Shown: positions 43,826 through 53,912, numbered from the stretch's first letter. The stretch: 64,000 nucleotides of DNA from an uncultured Verrucomicrobiae bacterium (GCA_963764165.1 CAVXRD010000002.1:3520001-3584000); one strand, 5' to 3'. The notes: generated by a model not told the origin, from the sequence alone. A program made the numbers and translations.

Positions 43826-44116
43826 TGATTTCCCGCCGTTTTCATTGGAAGGGAATGCCTGCGCCAGCCTTTGCCCGGAACCTGTTTTGGAGCGTGCAAG
43901 CTGGGTGCAAGCGAGGCTCAAAAAACGCAAAGTGCAACAGGGTGCAATAGGGTGCAACGAACTCTCTCCGTCGAAACTCGGTTAGACGGCCCCAATGACA
44001 AGGCAATCAGATTACGGCACATAAACACGAAGTTGCGCGCAGCGCGGCTTTCCTCAATATGACCTTTCATATGCATGAACGCACCTTGCCACGGTTGGGG
44101 CGGGATGGAAAACCTA
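43826..44116 (-). repeat. ~290-bp dispersed element, copy 2
   Basis: Inverted homolog of 34923-35211. Confidence 0.9.
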
Positions 44117-44236
44117 TCGGTGGTCTTTCAGAAAATCGGACAGGCGCAGCTTGGCGACTTCCAAAACGTGCGTGTCCAAAGAGCGGCGAATAAGCTTGCC
44201 GTCGACCTTAACTCGGCCAAAATAGGTGCCGCTTGT
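44114..44236 (-). pseudogene. Fragment of a tyrosine integrase N-terminal (arm-binding) region
   Basis: Translates TSGTYFGRVKVDGKLIRRSLDTHVLEVAKLRLSDFLKDHR*, resembling verrucomicrobial integrase N-termini; bounded by stops, 5' part missing. Confidence 0.7.
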
Positions 44237-44247
44237 TTAAGAGTTTA

Positions 44248-44322
44248 GCCAGTTTAGCTCAGCGGTAGAGCAACGGTTTTGTAAACCGTCGGTCGTCGGT
44301 TCGATTCCGACAACTGGCTCCA
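44248..44322 (+). tRNA. tRNA-Thr(UGU)
   Basis: Acceptor stem GCCAGTT/AACTGGC, anticodon arm ACGGT-TTTGTAA-ACCGT, GGTTCGATT T-arm, encoded CCA. Confidence 0.97.
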
Positions 44323-44509
44323 TTCTTAACTGCATGTGCAGCAACGGTTTGTGAGCGTCGGAATGGCCACTGTCAGTGAAACTGTCAGTAAACCGGCGAA
44401 GCGGCAAACCATTCGCCATTACTCGGCAAAACTTCCCTGAGACTCGCCACCGCTTGCGTTCGATTACGCGGGCCGCGTCGGACTGATTTGCTGATTTGGA
44501 AAAATCAGC

Positions 44510-45050
44510 ATGAAAGCACGTTTCATTTTGTTCCGTCGCGGCGCGATGTTTTATTGCGAGGACACCGAAACGGGAAAGCAAACCAGCCTTAAGACGAAGG
44601 TCGAAAGCGAAGCCCAAGCCCTGCTTCACACGCGCAACGAGGCTGTGCGCCGGCCCGCCATGAATCTGCAAATCGCGCAGGTTTATCTCCGTCATTCTGA
44701 TCCGACGATGTCGGGCCGCACATGGCAAAACGTGATGGATGAAATTGTTGCCGCAAAATCGGGGCCGACGGGCGAGCGTTGGAAATACGCCGTTGCCGGT
44801 AAAGCCTTCGATTGCATTCGCGACGTCAAACTGGTGGAGACAACCGGCGAGCAGTTCTTGCGGACGCTCCGGGCCGGAACCGTGACGACGAATGTCTATT
44901 TGCGCCGCCTTCACAATTTTGCGCTAGGAATGCACTGGCTCCCGTGGCCGATCTTGCCAAAATTACAATGGCCCGCCCTTAAATTCGGCGAAAAGCGTGC
45001 GGTCACATTTGACGAGCATCGCCGGATCATTGAACGCGAGGGCAATGAGC
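44510..45050 (+). pseudogene. Truncated tyrosine recombinase lacking the catalytic domain
   Basis: MKARFILFRRG..TGKQTSLKT..TNVYLRRLHNFALGM.WLPWP..KRAVTFDEHRRII; resemblance stops near 45050 and the rest of the ORF is antisense to other genes. Confidence 0.75.
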
Positions 45051-45141
45051 TTAATGAGGTCATCCATTGGCCCATCCAAGCGGAAAGCAAACACGATTGT
45101 TTGATGCCCTACAATATGCTGAATTGCCCCGAAAAGCTCTT

Positions 45142-45348
45142 CTACTTTGGCACCTGTCCGTCAGAAATCTGTTTCACGAGTGCGCAGATATCAGCCGCCG
45201 GCCACGCGGTGCAGCGAACTGACAGTTTCACAGGTTTCGGATACTTGCCCGCCTTCACTCCGGCCCACCAAGAAGATTTGCTGACTGGAATAACTTTGAG
45301 CACTTCTGAAAGCCGAACGAACCCTATTTCAGGAATCGTGAACTGCAT
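45142..45348 (-). CDS. alpA: AlpA-family regulator/excisionase
   Basis: GFVRLSEVL..IPVSKSSWWAGVKAGKYPKPVKL..CTAW; GGAGG upstream. Confidence 0.9.
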   Translation of the reverse strand: MQFTIPEIGFVRLSEVLKVIPVSKSSWWAGVKAGKYPKPVKLSVRCTAWPAADICALVKQISDGQVPK

Positions 45349-45397
45349 AATCAACCTCCCTAATGAAATTTCAGACCTGCGCCCCATGCGCCTCCCC

Positions 45398-45850
45398 TTA
45401 ATGCTTTATCTCTTGCTCCGAACCAGAATTCTCCCCGCGATTTCCATGCCACTGAATTTCGATACTCTCGATGAACGCCGCTTTGTCACTCGTGGGTTTT
45501 GCCCACCGCTCAGGATCAAATTCCTGAATGAAGCCGCCCATTTGATTTTGAATTGCGAAGACGATTTCTTGCAGATTCCGCCCGCGCACGAGGACACTCA
45601 TTATCGTGTAGGTGACAAGAAAATTTGTCCCATACGCACCATCGTGCGCCACGTTGAGCAACAAGTTGCTTCGTGGCGAATGGTGCGGCGGTCGCACGCG
45701 CCTAATCTCCAAAAAATGCGATTTGTCCTTTGCCACGAAGGCGACATATTCCTCCTGCATGGGAGGCTGCGGCCCGCCCGTAGTGGGTGGTGCCGACTTG
45801 CGAAACTGCGCTAATAGATCATCGACCATCGTTTCGCTCCATGTCGCCAT
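45398..45850 (-). CDS. Hypothetical protein of the mobilization module
   Basis: 150-aa ORF co-oriented between the relaxase and AlpA genes. Confidence 0.65.
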   Translation of the reverse strand: MATWSETMVDDLLAQFRKSAPPTTGGPQPPMQEEYVAFVAKDKSHFLEIRRVRPPHHSPRSNLLLNVAHDGAYGTNFLVTYTIMSVLVRGRNLQEIVFAIQNQMGGFIQEFDPERWAKPTSDKAAFIESIEIQWHGNRGENSGSEQEIKH

Positions 45851-46052
45851 TCATCTGACATGCACAGCGGGCACGTTCACCCCAAACGAACAGAAGCCCG
45901 CCTTTTTCAAGGCCAGCCGTCGGAGGCGTGATCTTGGGTGTCTCGAATGGCCGGTCAATATCGTTTGCGGCGACCAGCCGGATGTCTCGCAAATTTTCGA
46001 TGCTGGCCACCGCGTCCAGTGCTCGTCGTTTCACTTGTTCGGAGAGTGCCAT
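45819..46052 (-). CDS. Small hypothetical protein, possibly frameshifted
   Basis: ATG 3 nt after the reconstructed relaxase stop, GGAG upstream; overlaps the next gene by 32 nt. Confidence 0.4.
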   Translation of the reverse strand: MALSEQVKRRALDAVASIENLRDIRLVAANDIDRPFETPKITPPTAGLEKGGLLFVWGERARCACQMNGDMERNDGR

Positions 46053-46192
46053 AAATTATCGCTCCATCTCGGGGCCGCGTGACTGCCCCGGAGCCGGTTG
46101 ATGCCCGCGTGGCGGCGTTATCATCATGGAATGCCAAATGTCTTTGGCGGTTTCTTTTGCCGATTCATGGACACCCGCCATGAAAATCCTAG

Positions 46193-47013
46193 GGCCTGTT
46201 AACACTAACGTAACGCCTCCACGATGAGCGCGAGGACGACGAATCCGGAGTACAACGCATCCAATTTGTCGAAGCGACTGAAGACTCGGCGGTAGCTTTT
46301 GAGTCGGCGAAAAAGCCGTTCAATCTCATTGCGGCGTCGGTAAAGGGTTTGGTCATACTCCCACGGATTTAAGCGTCGGGGGTTAGGAGGAACCACTGGA
46401 GCGTAGCCCAATTCCCGCGCCTGTTGCAGAGTCTCGTCCCCTTCATAGGCGCTGTCCATGATGAGTGGAAGCCCTGCCGGAACCGGCCCGCCCGCCTGCA
46501 AAAGCTCGCGTCCTTGCGGCGCGTCCCCCGCCTGGCCGGGGGAAAGCTTGAGCATTAAGGCGCACTGGGCATTCGCGGCAACCAGATGAATTTTGGTGGT
46601 GCAACCGCCTCGGGAGCGCCCGATGGCCTGTGGGCCGTTTTTTTTAGCGCCCCGGTGCCGTCGGGGTGAACCTTGATCGTCGTGCTGTCCAAGCAGACTT
46701 GCTCGATCCGGATCGCCAGGATTTGCTCCTGCTGGAGCCGGGCGAAGACTCGATCCAGCACGCCCGCTTTGCTCCAGCGGTTCATGCGGGTGTAGATCGT
46801 ATGCCAGTTGCCAAAATGTTTTGGCAGGCCGCGCCATTTGCACCCATGCTCCACCACATAGAGCAGGGCGTTGAGAAGTTGCAGATTGGTCATGCTCACG
46901 TTGCCGCGCTGCCGCGGCAGACAATCAGCAACCCGCTGATATTGACTCTCTGTAAGCTCCACCCAGCCATTTTGCCTTGTCGCCTATAAAATGTCAATTA
47001 GTGTTAACAGGCC
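46193..47013 (-). mobile_element. IS5-family element, IS427-like, ~820 bp
   Basis: Perfect 15-bp terminal inverted repeats GGCCTGTTAACACTA / TAGTGTTAACAGGCC with CTAG on both flanks. Confidence 0.95.
46205..46962 (-). CDS. IS5-family transposase encoded as orfA (46555-46962) and orfB, joined by a -1 frameshift
   Basis: GCKWRGLP..WHTIYTR..LDSTTIKVHPDG, then an A8 run (46638-46645), then IGRSRGG.TTKIH, DSAY, YRRRNEIERLF. Confidence 0.92.
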
Positions 47014-48104
47014 CTAGAGCGTTCCCACCACGTCTTTCCGGCACCGGATTGGTGGAACTCCTTAAATTTATCAATCGCCCTGGCCAGCGGCTTCATTTCA
47101 TTGAGGGTTCGCACAAAGCGCCAGAGCTTGAACCGTTCGGAGTCCCGGCCTTGGCGGCGCATCGCCGTCGCCGTCGGGCCGATTTTTGGCTCCGGTTCGC
47201 GGTCGATCGCTCTCGCCTTGAGGGAACGGTGATCCACGCGTTCCGGGCGACCGGCCTTTTCCAAGGCAGCGTTTTCGTGCTTTTCCCACGAGTCCCGCCA
47301 GCCCTCAAGCTCGGACTTGGCCCTGACTCCAACGGCCCCACGCCCGTTGAATTTGCCAGCCGTGCTCGGCTTCTTCCCGAAACCTTCCCCTTCTACGGGG
47401 CGAGTCGTGACCATCACATGGGCATGAGGGTTAAGGCCGTTCTTGGATTTATGAACAGCGAAATCCGCCACAAATCCTTTGTCCACGAACTTGTCTTTAC
47501 ACCAGCCGCGAACAAGCTTGATTTGCTGCTCAGGGGTTAGCTCGCGGGCGAGCGTCAAAACAAAATCCCGCGCAAGTTGAGAATCTTTTCTTTTCTCAAC
47601 TTGCTCAATCGTGTTCCACAAACGCTCGCGCAGGTCGCGTTGTTTCCTAAAGTCGTCCTTGGTTTTGGGTGGCTCACTTTGCATCCAAGGTGCCGCATTT
47701 TTGGGAGCCATGATTTCAGAGTAGGCCACTTCCTGCGTGCGTGCGCGGTAGTTGTAAGTCGTCTTGGCCTGTTCGTCGGAAAGTTGGTTGCCGGAGCGGT
47801 AGGCCGCAGAATGAAGCACGCTTCCCGAACGATAAGCAGCCGAGGCCACTACGGACTTGCCGCGATTTTTGCGGCTGATAATTTTTGCTTCAAGACGGTA
47901 GATCGCCATACTCCCTGATCCAGTCGTCACTGCGGTTGATTTACGAACAGTATAACACAACTGCCGTGTTCAGTCCCTCGGAAAGTGGCTTTCAGAGCCA
48001 ATTTCAGCAGGTTGTCCGTTGCCGTTCGCTAGTGAAAACATGCCGCCGGGCCTTTGCCCCATTTCCCGCCAAGCAAGGCAAGCAAGCCAGGCGCGCGCCG
48101 GGTA

Positions 48105-48141
48105 TCCCCCCGATGCCCAAAAGACATAAGTGCGCGGTTAT
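48105..48141 (+). other. Candidate MOBQ oriT nick region
   Basis: TAAGTGCGC at 48127-48135 matches the MOBQ core TAAGTGCGCCCT, ~220 bp upstream of the relaxase start. Confidence 0.65.
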
Positions 48142-48498
48142 ATGTTGCGTTCGCAACATCCGCGTTCAGAGGCTCAAGCGCCGCCTCCGAAACCACGCTG
48201 GCAAAGGCGTTCCGCCCTTGCCGAACCCTGACCAAAAGGGGGCTTTGAAGCCGCCCCCTTGTTGGCAATCCCTGGCTTATTGGGGCTCGCTTCGCATCCC
48301 CGGCCAAAGGGCATCTGTCCCTTGGCAAACCTCGACCAAAGAACGGCGTCCTTTGGGATTCTGCTGTGGTTGGCGCTGCTCGCGCATCGGTGGAACACGC
48401 AAACCAGCCGAAGCAATTATGCACGGGTTTTTGAGGTTGAATTAACGGCAATTTAACGGCATAATAACGGAAATGTCCGTTTCCGGGTAATTGCCGTT

Positions 48499-49590
48499 AT
48501 GTCGTTTGCGCCCGCTTTCACCATCACGCCCAAAGTCGCCAATGCACTCATGCGCATTGAAGGAGCGAGGCAGGCCGTGGAACATCTGCCGATTACACCG
48601 GCATTGCTCGCCACGCTTCGCGAATCGGCCCGGCTTTATTCCACCCATTACTCCACCATGATCGAAGGCAACCGCCTAACCCAGGAACAGGTCTCCAGGG
48701 TGATCGAAAAGCAGGAACATTTTCCCGGACGCGAACGCGACGAAAAGGAAGTCCTCGGCTATTTCGCTGCGCTGGAAAAGGCGGAAGCGCTTGCCGAAGC
48801 CAGCCGCCCTGTAACCGAAAATCACATCCAGCTTTTGCACGCGCTGGTTATGGCTGGCGGCAGTGCCAAGGTAAAACCATCCCCCTACCGCGACGGCCAG
48901 AACGTCATCCGCGACAGCCGAAGCCGGGCAATAGTCTATCTGCCGCCGGAAGCCAAAGACGTGCCGGCATTGATGAAGGACCTTGTGGCGTGGATTGGAA
49001 CGTCGGAGCGGGACAAACTGCCCTGCCCGATCCGCGCCGGGATCGCGCATTACCAGTTCGCCACCATCCACCCGTATTATGATGGCAATGGCCGCACGGC
49101 CCGATTGCTGACGGGCCTCATTCTGCATTTAGGCTCCTTCGGCCTCAAAGGGCTTTATTCCCTGGAGGAATACTATGCCCGCAATCTTGGAGCCTATTAC
49201 GAGGCGCTCACCGTCGGGCCATCCCATAATTATTACATGGGCAGGGCAACTGCCGACATTACCAAGTGGGTCGAATACTTTTGCGACGGGATGGCAGAGA
49301 GCTTCGAGACGGTTAGAACCCGAGCGGAAGAATCGGCGGGGACCGGCGCGAAAGACGCCTCCCACCTGATGCGCGGCCTCGATCCGCGCCAGCGCAAAGC
49401 ACTCACTTTGTTTCATCGCAGCGACACCATTACCAGCCACGATATTGAAAAACTCTTTGGCCTCTCCCAACGGATGGCCCGCAATCTGTTGACCGCATGG
49501 GTCGAAACCGGGTTTGTCACGGTTGCCGACACGGCCCGCAAAAGCCGCAAATACTCGCTGTCAGCAGAATTCAAGGAATTGATCCAGTAA
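48499..49590 (+). CDS. Fic-family protein with C-terminal winged HTH
   Basis: HPYYDGNGRTAR catalytic motif; N-terminal STMIEG inhibitory motif (class II). Confidence 0.92.
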   Translation: MSFAPAFTITPKVANALMRIEGARQAVEHLPITPALLATLRESARLYSTHYSTMIEGNRLTQEQVSRVIEKQEHFPGRERDEKEVLGYFAALEKAEALAEASRPVTENHIQLLHALVMAGGSAKVKPSPYRDGQNVIRDSRSRAIVYLPPEAKDVPALMKDLVAWIGTSERDKLPCPIRAGIAHYQFATIHPYYDGNGRTARLLTGLILHLGSFGLKGLYSLEEYYARNLGAYYEALTVGPSHNYYMGRATADITKWVEYFCDGMAESFETVRTRAEESAGTGAKDASHLMRGLDPRQRKALTLFHRSDTITSHDIEKLFGLSQRMARNLLTAWVETGFVTVADTARKSRKYSLSAEFKELIQ

Positions 49591-49661
49591 CGTATAATTT
49601 CACGCTGAAATGCAGGCGATAAGTTTCAACTATCGCCGTGCGCCACAAGTAACTGTTACCC

Positions 49662-52600
49662 GTGAGGGCGATTTGTCGGTGTCCATTTGTCGGTTGGCAA
49701 CTCCAACGCAAGCCGCTACTATTCAGCACTACCGGAGTGGCTCCTGAACAAACACGACCAGCACTTCACGGGTCTGCGCGCGGGCGGCGCGCCAGTGAAC
49801 GTGTCGCAAAAGTTTTAACGTTGATTCTGGCGATTCTCTCCGTGATCAGCCCTGCCGCGGGGCAGGCCGGCAGTCCAATATTCGGCGATCTTCAAAAAGA
49901 CTATATTGTTGATCATTGGCAGACAGACGACGGCCTTCCACAGAATTCAATCACTGCCATCGCCCAGGACACCAACGGTTATTTATGGCTGGGCACGTTT
50001 AACGGATTGGTTCGGTTTGACGGCGTGCGGTTTGTCGTCTTTAACAACAGAAACAACCCGGCCCTCGCCAACAATCGCATCGTCACGCTTTTTGTCCATC
50101 ACGATGCTCTCTGGATGGCAGATGAGGAGGGCGCCGCTATTTGCCACCGAAAGGGGAAGTTTACGCGGTTTACCCGGAAGGACGGATTGCCGCCCCGCGG
50201 AGTCCAGGATTTCTACACCGATCCCGAGGACAACCTATGGTTCACCTCGCATGACAATGCCGGCAGCTTCCGATTCGAGAATGGAAAGTTCGTCCGCCGC
50301 CTGCCGCCAACGCCCGGCGGCGGCGGATCCATGTCCAGCGTCACGTTCGATTCGGCCGGTTCGTTTTGGGCGGTTCAAGGCAAAGATATTGTGCATGTCA
50401 CCGGCTTCACCAACGATTTCGTTTCGACGACGGAAATCGTCCGCTACAGATACAATTTCGAGCAGAGCGGGCTTCTCGTGCCGGTCAGTGAAAGCAAAAT
50501 AAAACCGATGGGCGGGTTGGCTTTGGCGCCAGCCCGCGCTGGGGGCTTCTGGATTGCCTCGCGGACGGGATTGGCCAAATTTCGCGCCGGCCAGTGCCTA
50601 GCAAAGTTTGCGGCCACGACAGACAGTCTCGCCGGACTGTTGGAGGATTCGCAGGGTTGTATCTGGGCGGGAACGTACAGGGCAGGCTTGTATCGATTGA
50701 CGCCGCAAGGAACGGTGGAGCGATTCCGGCTTTCCGAAGATTCGCCCGGCGAGCAAATACGCGCCCTGGCGGAAGATGTGGAAGGCAACATTTGGGCAGG
50801 TACGGATGGCGAGGGGTTATTTCGTTTTCGGCGGCGGTTCTTCTCCACCTACGGAATCAATGATGGACTGACGTCGAAGGTGGTGAAATCCGTCAGCGAA
50901 GGCAAAGACGGAACACTTTACGTATGCACCCTTGGCCATGTGGATGTTTTTGCGACCGGTTCGGTTTCCACCAATGGCGGACGACCGGCTTTTGCCCGCC
51001 AAAAACACTACGATCTGATGGGTGCCTGGTGTGGATTGGTGGACCGCGGCGGGAGATTTTGGCTTGGGACGTTTGGCCGGGGCGTTTTCGCGCTCGAGGA
51101 TGACAACTTTGTCAAATTGCCAATCGTCGGAACGAATGGCAACTATTTTTCCGGACAGAGCGTCGTTCAGTCGCTCCTTCAGGACCGTGAGGGCAAGCTC
51201 TGGTGCGGAACGGAACAGGGACTCTTCTGCGTGAGCAACCAGATCATGCAACAGGTTGATTTTCCGGCGGGCGTCGCCAGCGACGTGACCGCCCTGGCCG
51301 CCGACACCCGCAACAATCTATATGTCGCGACGGAAGACGGATGTCTCTGGCGCGGTTTTCAAGGCAACTGGGTCCAATATTCAAGACACGACGGATTGCC
51401 TGGCGACCAGATTACTTCAATTGTCGCGGACTCCAACGATACACTTTGGCTGGGCACGGCGAGCTCCGGGTTATGGAGGGGCGCCGCTGGAAAATTCTCC
51501 GCTTTTCCAGTGGGAAACGATGGATTTCCCAGCACCATTTTGAGCATCATCGAAGATGCGCACCAGGACTTCTGGCTTGGCTCCGAGCACGGAATCTTCC
51601 TGGCATCCCGCCAGGAGTTAAATGACTTCGCCAATGGAAAGACAAATTCCTATCACTGCATGCGCTTTGACAAGTCGGATGGACTTGGGAACTCGGAATG
51701 CGCGGCCATGCCATCGGCATCCTGCCAGGGGCCGGACGGACGGCTTTGGTTTGCGACCCTGGGCGGAATTTCCGTGGTGGAACCGGCTCGGATGAAGCCC
51801 AACAACCTGCCTCCGCCAGTTTTGATTGAAGAGGCGGACATTGACTGGAATCCCACCGCAATTTTGGGCGGTGGAATTGTGGTGCCGCCTGGCGGACACG
51901 ATGTCGAAATCAAATTTACCGGCTTGAGCCTCGCCTCGCCCAATAAGATGCAATTCAAATACAAGCTCGATGGAATGCCGGGCGAATGGCGATATGCCGA
52001 TGCCAGAAGCCGGGCGGTGCAGTTTAGCTCGCTGGCGCCAGGCAAGTATGCTTTTCGGGTGACGGCTTGCAACAATGACGGTGTTTGGAACGAAACCGGC
52101 GCCGCGCTGCAACTGGTGCTCCAGCCAAGATATTGGCAAACGTGGTGGTTCCGGGCGCTCGTCGTGGTGGCGGCGGCCGGAACTTTTGTGTCAGCTTCCA
52201 TCCTGCGCATGAATCAATTGAAACGCGCCCACGCCGCCCAGTCCGAATTTTCACGGCAGCTTATTAACGCGGAGGAAGCGGAGCGCAAGCGCATCGCCGG
52301 CGAGCTTCATGATAGCCTCGGCCAGGAATTGCTCATCATCCAGAACCGGGCAATCCTGGCGCTAATGGAGTCTAACGCGCCTCCGCCAATGGTCGAACAT
52401 CTGCGAGAGATTTCCAACGGAGCGGCCAACGCGATCGAGGAAGTCCGGGCCACGGCGTTTCGACTGCGCCCGGTCGAACTCGATAAGCTCGGCTTGACCC
52501 GGGCGGCGGAAGCAATGATTCAAAAGGCGGCCGCTGCTTCTGGAATCAAGTTTTCGATGGAACTCGAAGAAGTCCGCGGTTCCCTGACATCGGAAAAGGA

Positions 52601-52889
52601 AATAGGCATTTACCGCATCCTCCAGGAGGCCATCAACAACATCATGAAGCATTCGCAGGCCAAATCGGTCATTGTCGAATTGAGGCGCGAGCCGCCAGTC
52701 TTGCGGCTGTCGCTGCTGGATGACGGGGTCGGATTCGACCCCCAGGCACAGGACCAATCGGCTGTTCCGTCGGGTTTTGGATTGAAAGGAATCGCGCAGC
52801 GTTGCAAACTCATGGGCGGCGATTTCCAGGTCCTTTCCGCCGCCGGCAAAGGGACGCGTTTGACGGTTAGCGTCCCATTGCGGAATTAA
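49662..52889 (+). CDS. Sensor histidine kinase with beta-propeller, Y_Y_Y and HisKA_3 domains
   Basis: DGLPQNSI..GYLWLGT..GLVRFDG repeats; LAPGKYAFRV..NNDGVW; ERKRIAGELHDSLGQ; DDGVGF; start uncertain. Confidence 0.92.
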   Translation: MRAICRCPFVGWQLQRKPLLFSTTGVAPEQTRPALHGSARGRRASERVAKVLTLILAILSVISPAAGQAGSPIFGDLQKDYIVDHWQTDDGLPQNSITAIAQDTNGYLWLGTFNGLVRFDGVRFVVFNNRNNPALANNRIVTLFVHHDALWMADEEGAAICHRKGKFTRFTRKDGLPPRGVQDFYTDPEDNLWFTSHDNAGSFRFENGKFVRRLPPTPGGGGSMSSVTFDSAGSFWAVQGKDIVHVTGFTNDFVSTTEIVRYRYNFEQSGLLVPVSESKIKPMGGLALAPARAGGFWIASRTGLAKFRAGQCLAKFAATTDSLAGLLEDSQGCIWAGTYRAGLYRLTPQGTVERFRLSEDSPGEQIRALAEDVEGNIWAGTDGEGLFRFRRRFFSTYGINDGLTSKVVKSVSEGKDGTLYVCTLGHVDVFATGSVSTNGGRPAFARQKHYDLMGAWCGLVDRGGRFWLGTFGRGVFALEDDNFVKLPIVGTNGNYFSGQSVVQSLLQDREGKLWCGTEQGLFCVSNQIMQQVDFPAGVASDVTALAADTRNNLYVATEDGCLWRGFQGNWVQYSRHDGLPGDQITSIVADSNDTLWLGTASSGLWRGAAGKFSAFPVGNDGFPSTILSIIEDAHQDFWLGSEHGIFLASRQELNDFANGKTNSYHCMRFDKSDGLGNSECAAMPSASCQGPDGRLWFATLGGISVVEPARMKPNNLPPPVLIEEADIDWNPTAILGGGIVVPPGGHDVEIKFTGLSLASPNKMQFKYKLDGMPGEWRYADARSRAVQFSSLAPGKYAFRVTACNNDGVWNETGAALQLVLQPRYWQTWWFRALVVVAAAGTFVSASILRMNQLKRAHAAQSEFSRQLINAEEAERKRIAGELHDSLGQELLIIQNRAILALMESNAPPPMVEHLREISNGAANAIEEVRATAFRLRPVELDKLGLTRAAEAMIQKAAAASGIKFSMELEEVRGSLTSEKEIGIYRILQEAINNIMKHSQAKSVIVELRREPPVLRLSLLDDGVGFDPQAQDQSAVPSGFGLKGIAQRCKLMGGDFQVLSAAGKGTRLTVSVPLRN

Positions 52890-53438
52890 TGATGACCCAA
52901 AAAAACAACAGTATTCTCTGTTGAAGATCATCCGATTTTTCGCCGCGGCCTGCGAGGTGCTCGAGGGCGATGGCCGTTTGGCGGTGGTCGGCGAGGCGGG
53001 GCGCTCCGGCAAGTCCGCCCGCCTGTCAATGTCATTGTTCTGACGATGTGCAAAGAGGAAACGATCGTCAACCCGGCGCTGGATCGTGGAGTCAAAGGGT
53101 ACATTCTCAAGGACAACGCGGCGGTGGATGTCATTACGGGGATAAAAGCGGTGGCGGCGGGAGAAGTTTTTTTGAGCCCGAGCATCTCCGGTTATTTGCT
53201 TCGACGTCGGGAACGGACCACCGCGCTGCACGCCACCAAACCGGAGAAGCGTTCGCCAACCGAACGCCGCGTGTTGAAGCTTTTATCCGAAAATGAAACC
53301 AGCAAACAAATTGGCGAAACCCTTTTCATCAGTCACCGAACGGTGGAAACGCATCTGACCAACATCCGCTGCAAGCTGGAATTGAAAGGCCCGCATTCGC
53401 TCCTCCAGTTTGCGATCAAGAATCGTTCCGAGTTGTAA
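52889..53438 (+). pseudogene. NarL/LuxR-type response regulator with frameshifts and an internal deletion
   Basis: Pieces MMTQK.., VEDHPIFRRGLR and EVLEGDGRLAVVGEAG are not in one continuous frame; phosphoacceptor segment absent; intact GYILKD and HTH ISHRTVETH. Confidence 0.85.
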
Positions 53439-53444
53439 AAAAAC

Positions 53445-53507
53445 TACGTAGTACTACGTAGGCAGAATACACAACACTACCGAGGGCAAAATCCGCAGCT
53501 TTGCGGA
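53445..53507. promoter_or_regulatory. Three spaced 7-2-7 inverted-repeat operator-like sites
   Basis: TACGTAG-TA-CTACGTA, TACACAA-CA-CTACCGA, TCCGCAG-CT-TTGCGGA with centres 23 and 24 bp apart. Confidence 0.6.
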
Positions 53508-53546
53508 TGCCCTAAAAGGCTCATCCCGAGGCATTATCGCCGGGTT

Positions 53547-53912
53547 GTGGCCAAAATTCTAATTGTCGAGGACAGCGCTCCCATGCGCGCCATGATCCGC
53601 CTCATGGTTGCCCGCCAGGGAGATGAGGTGCACGAATGCGCCGACGGAGCGGCGGCATTGGATGCCTACGCCGAGTTTAGCCCGGAATGGGTGACGATGG
53701 ATCTCGAACTCGGCGCAACAGACGGCTTGATGGCGACCGAGCAAATCAAATCCGCCTTCCCCGCGGCCCGGATCATGATTGTCACCCAACACGACAACGA
53801 CGCGCTTCGCGATGCCGCCCTCAAGGCGGGAGCATGCGCCTATGTGCTCAAGGACAACCTTTCCCGACTCCGCGAACTGTTCGCCGGCCCCCGGCCACCC
53901 AACAGCAAATGA
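53547..53912 (+). CDS. Single-domain receiver protein
   Basis: KILIVEDS, MDLEL..DG, IVT, YVLK. Confidence 0.9.
   Translation: MAKILIVEDSAPMRAMIRLMVARQGDEVHECADGAAALDAYAEFSPEWVTMDLELGATDGLMATEQIKSAFPAARIMIVTQHDNDALRDAALKAGACAYVLKDNLSRLRELFAGPRPPNSK

Larger units (their letters stand above)
46056..47909 (-). pseudogene. mobA: MobA/MobL (MOBQ) relaxase interrupted by an IS5-family element
   Basis: MAIYRL, SAAYRSG, LWNTIEQVEKRKDSQLAR, VH..NPHAHVM, RVDHRSL; the frame resumes past the IS and ends at TAA 46056. Confidence 0.9.

Noticed and set aside
44237..44914. 225-aa minus-strand ORF
   Set aside because: Antisense to the integrase remnant and the tRNA (EPVVGIEPTT is a tRNA shadow)
45051..45814. 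C-terminal half of the 434-aa ORF as an integrase catalytic domain
   Set aside because: No recognisable R..HxxR..Y pattern; it is read-through antisense to alpA and its neighbour
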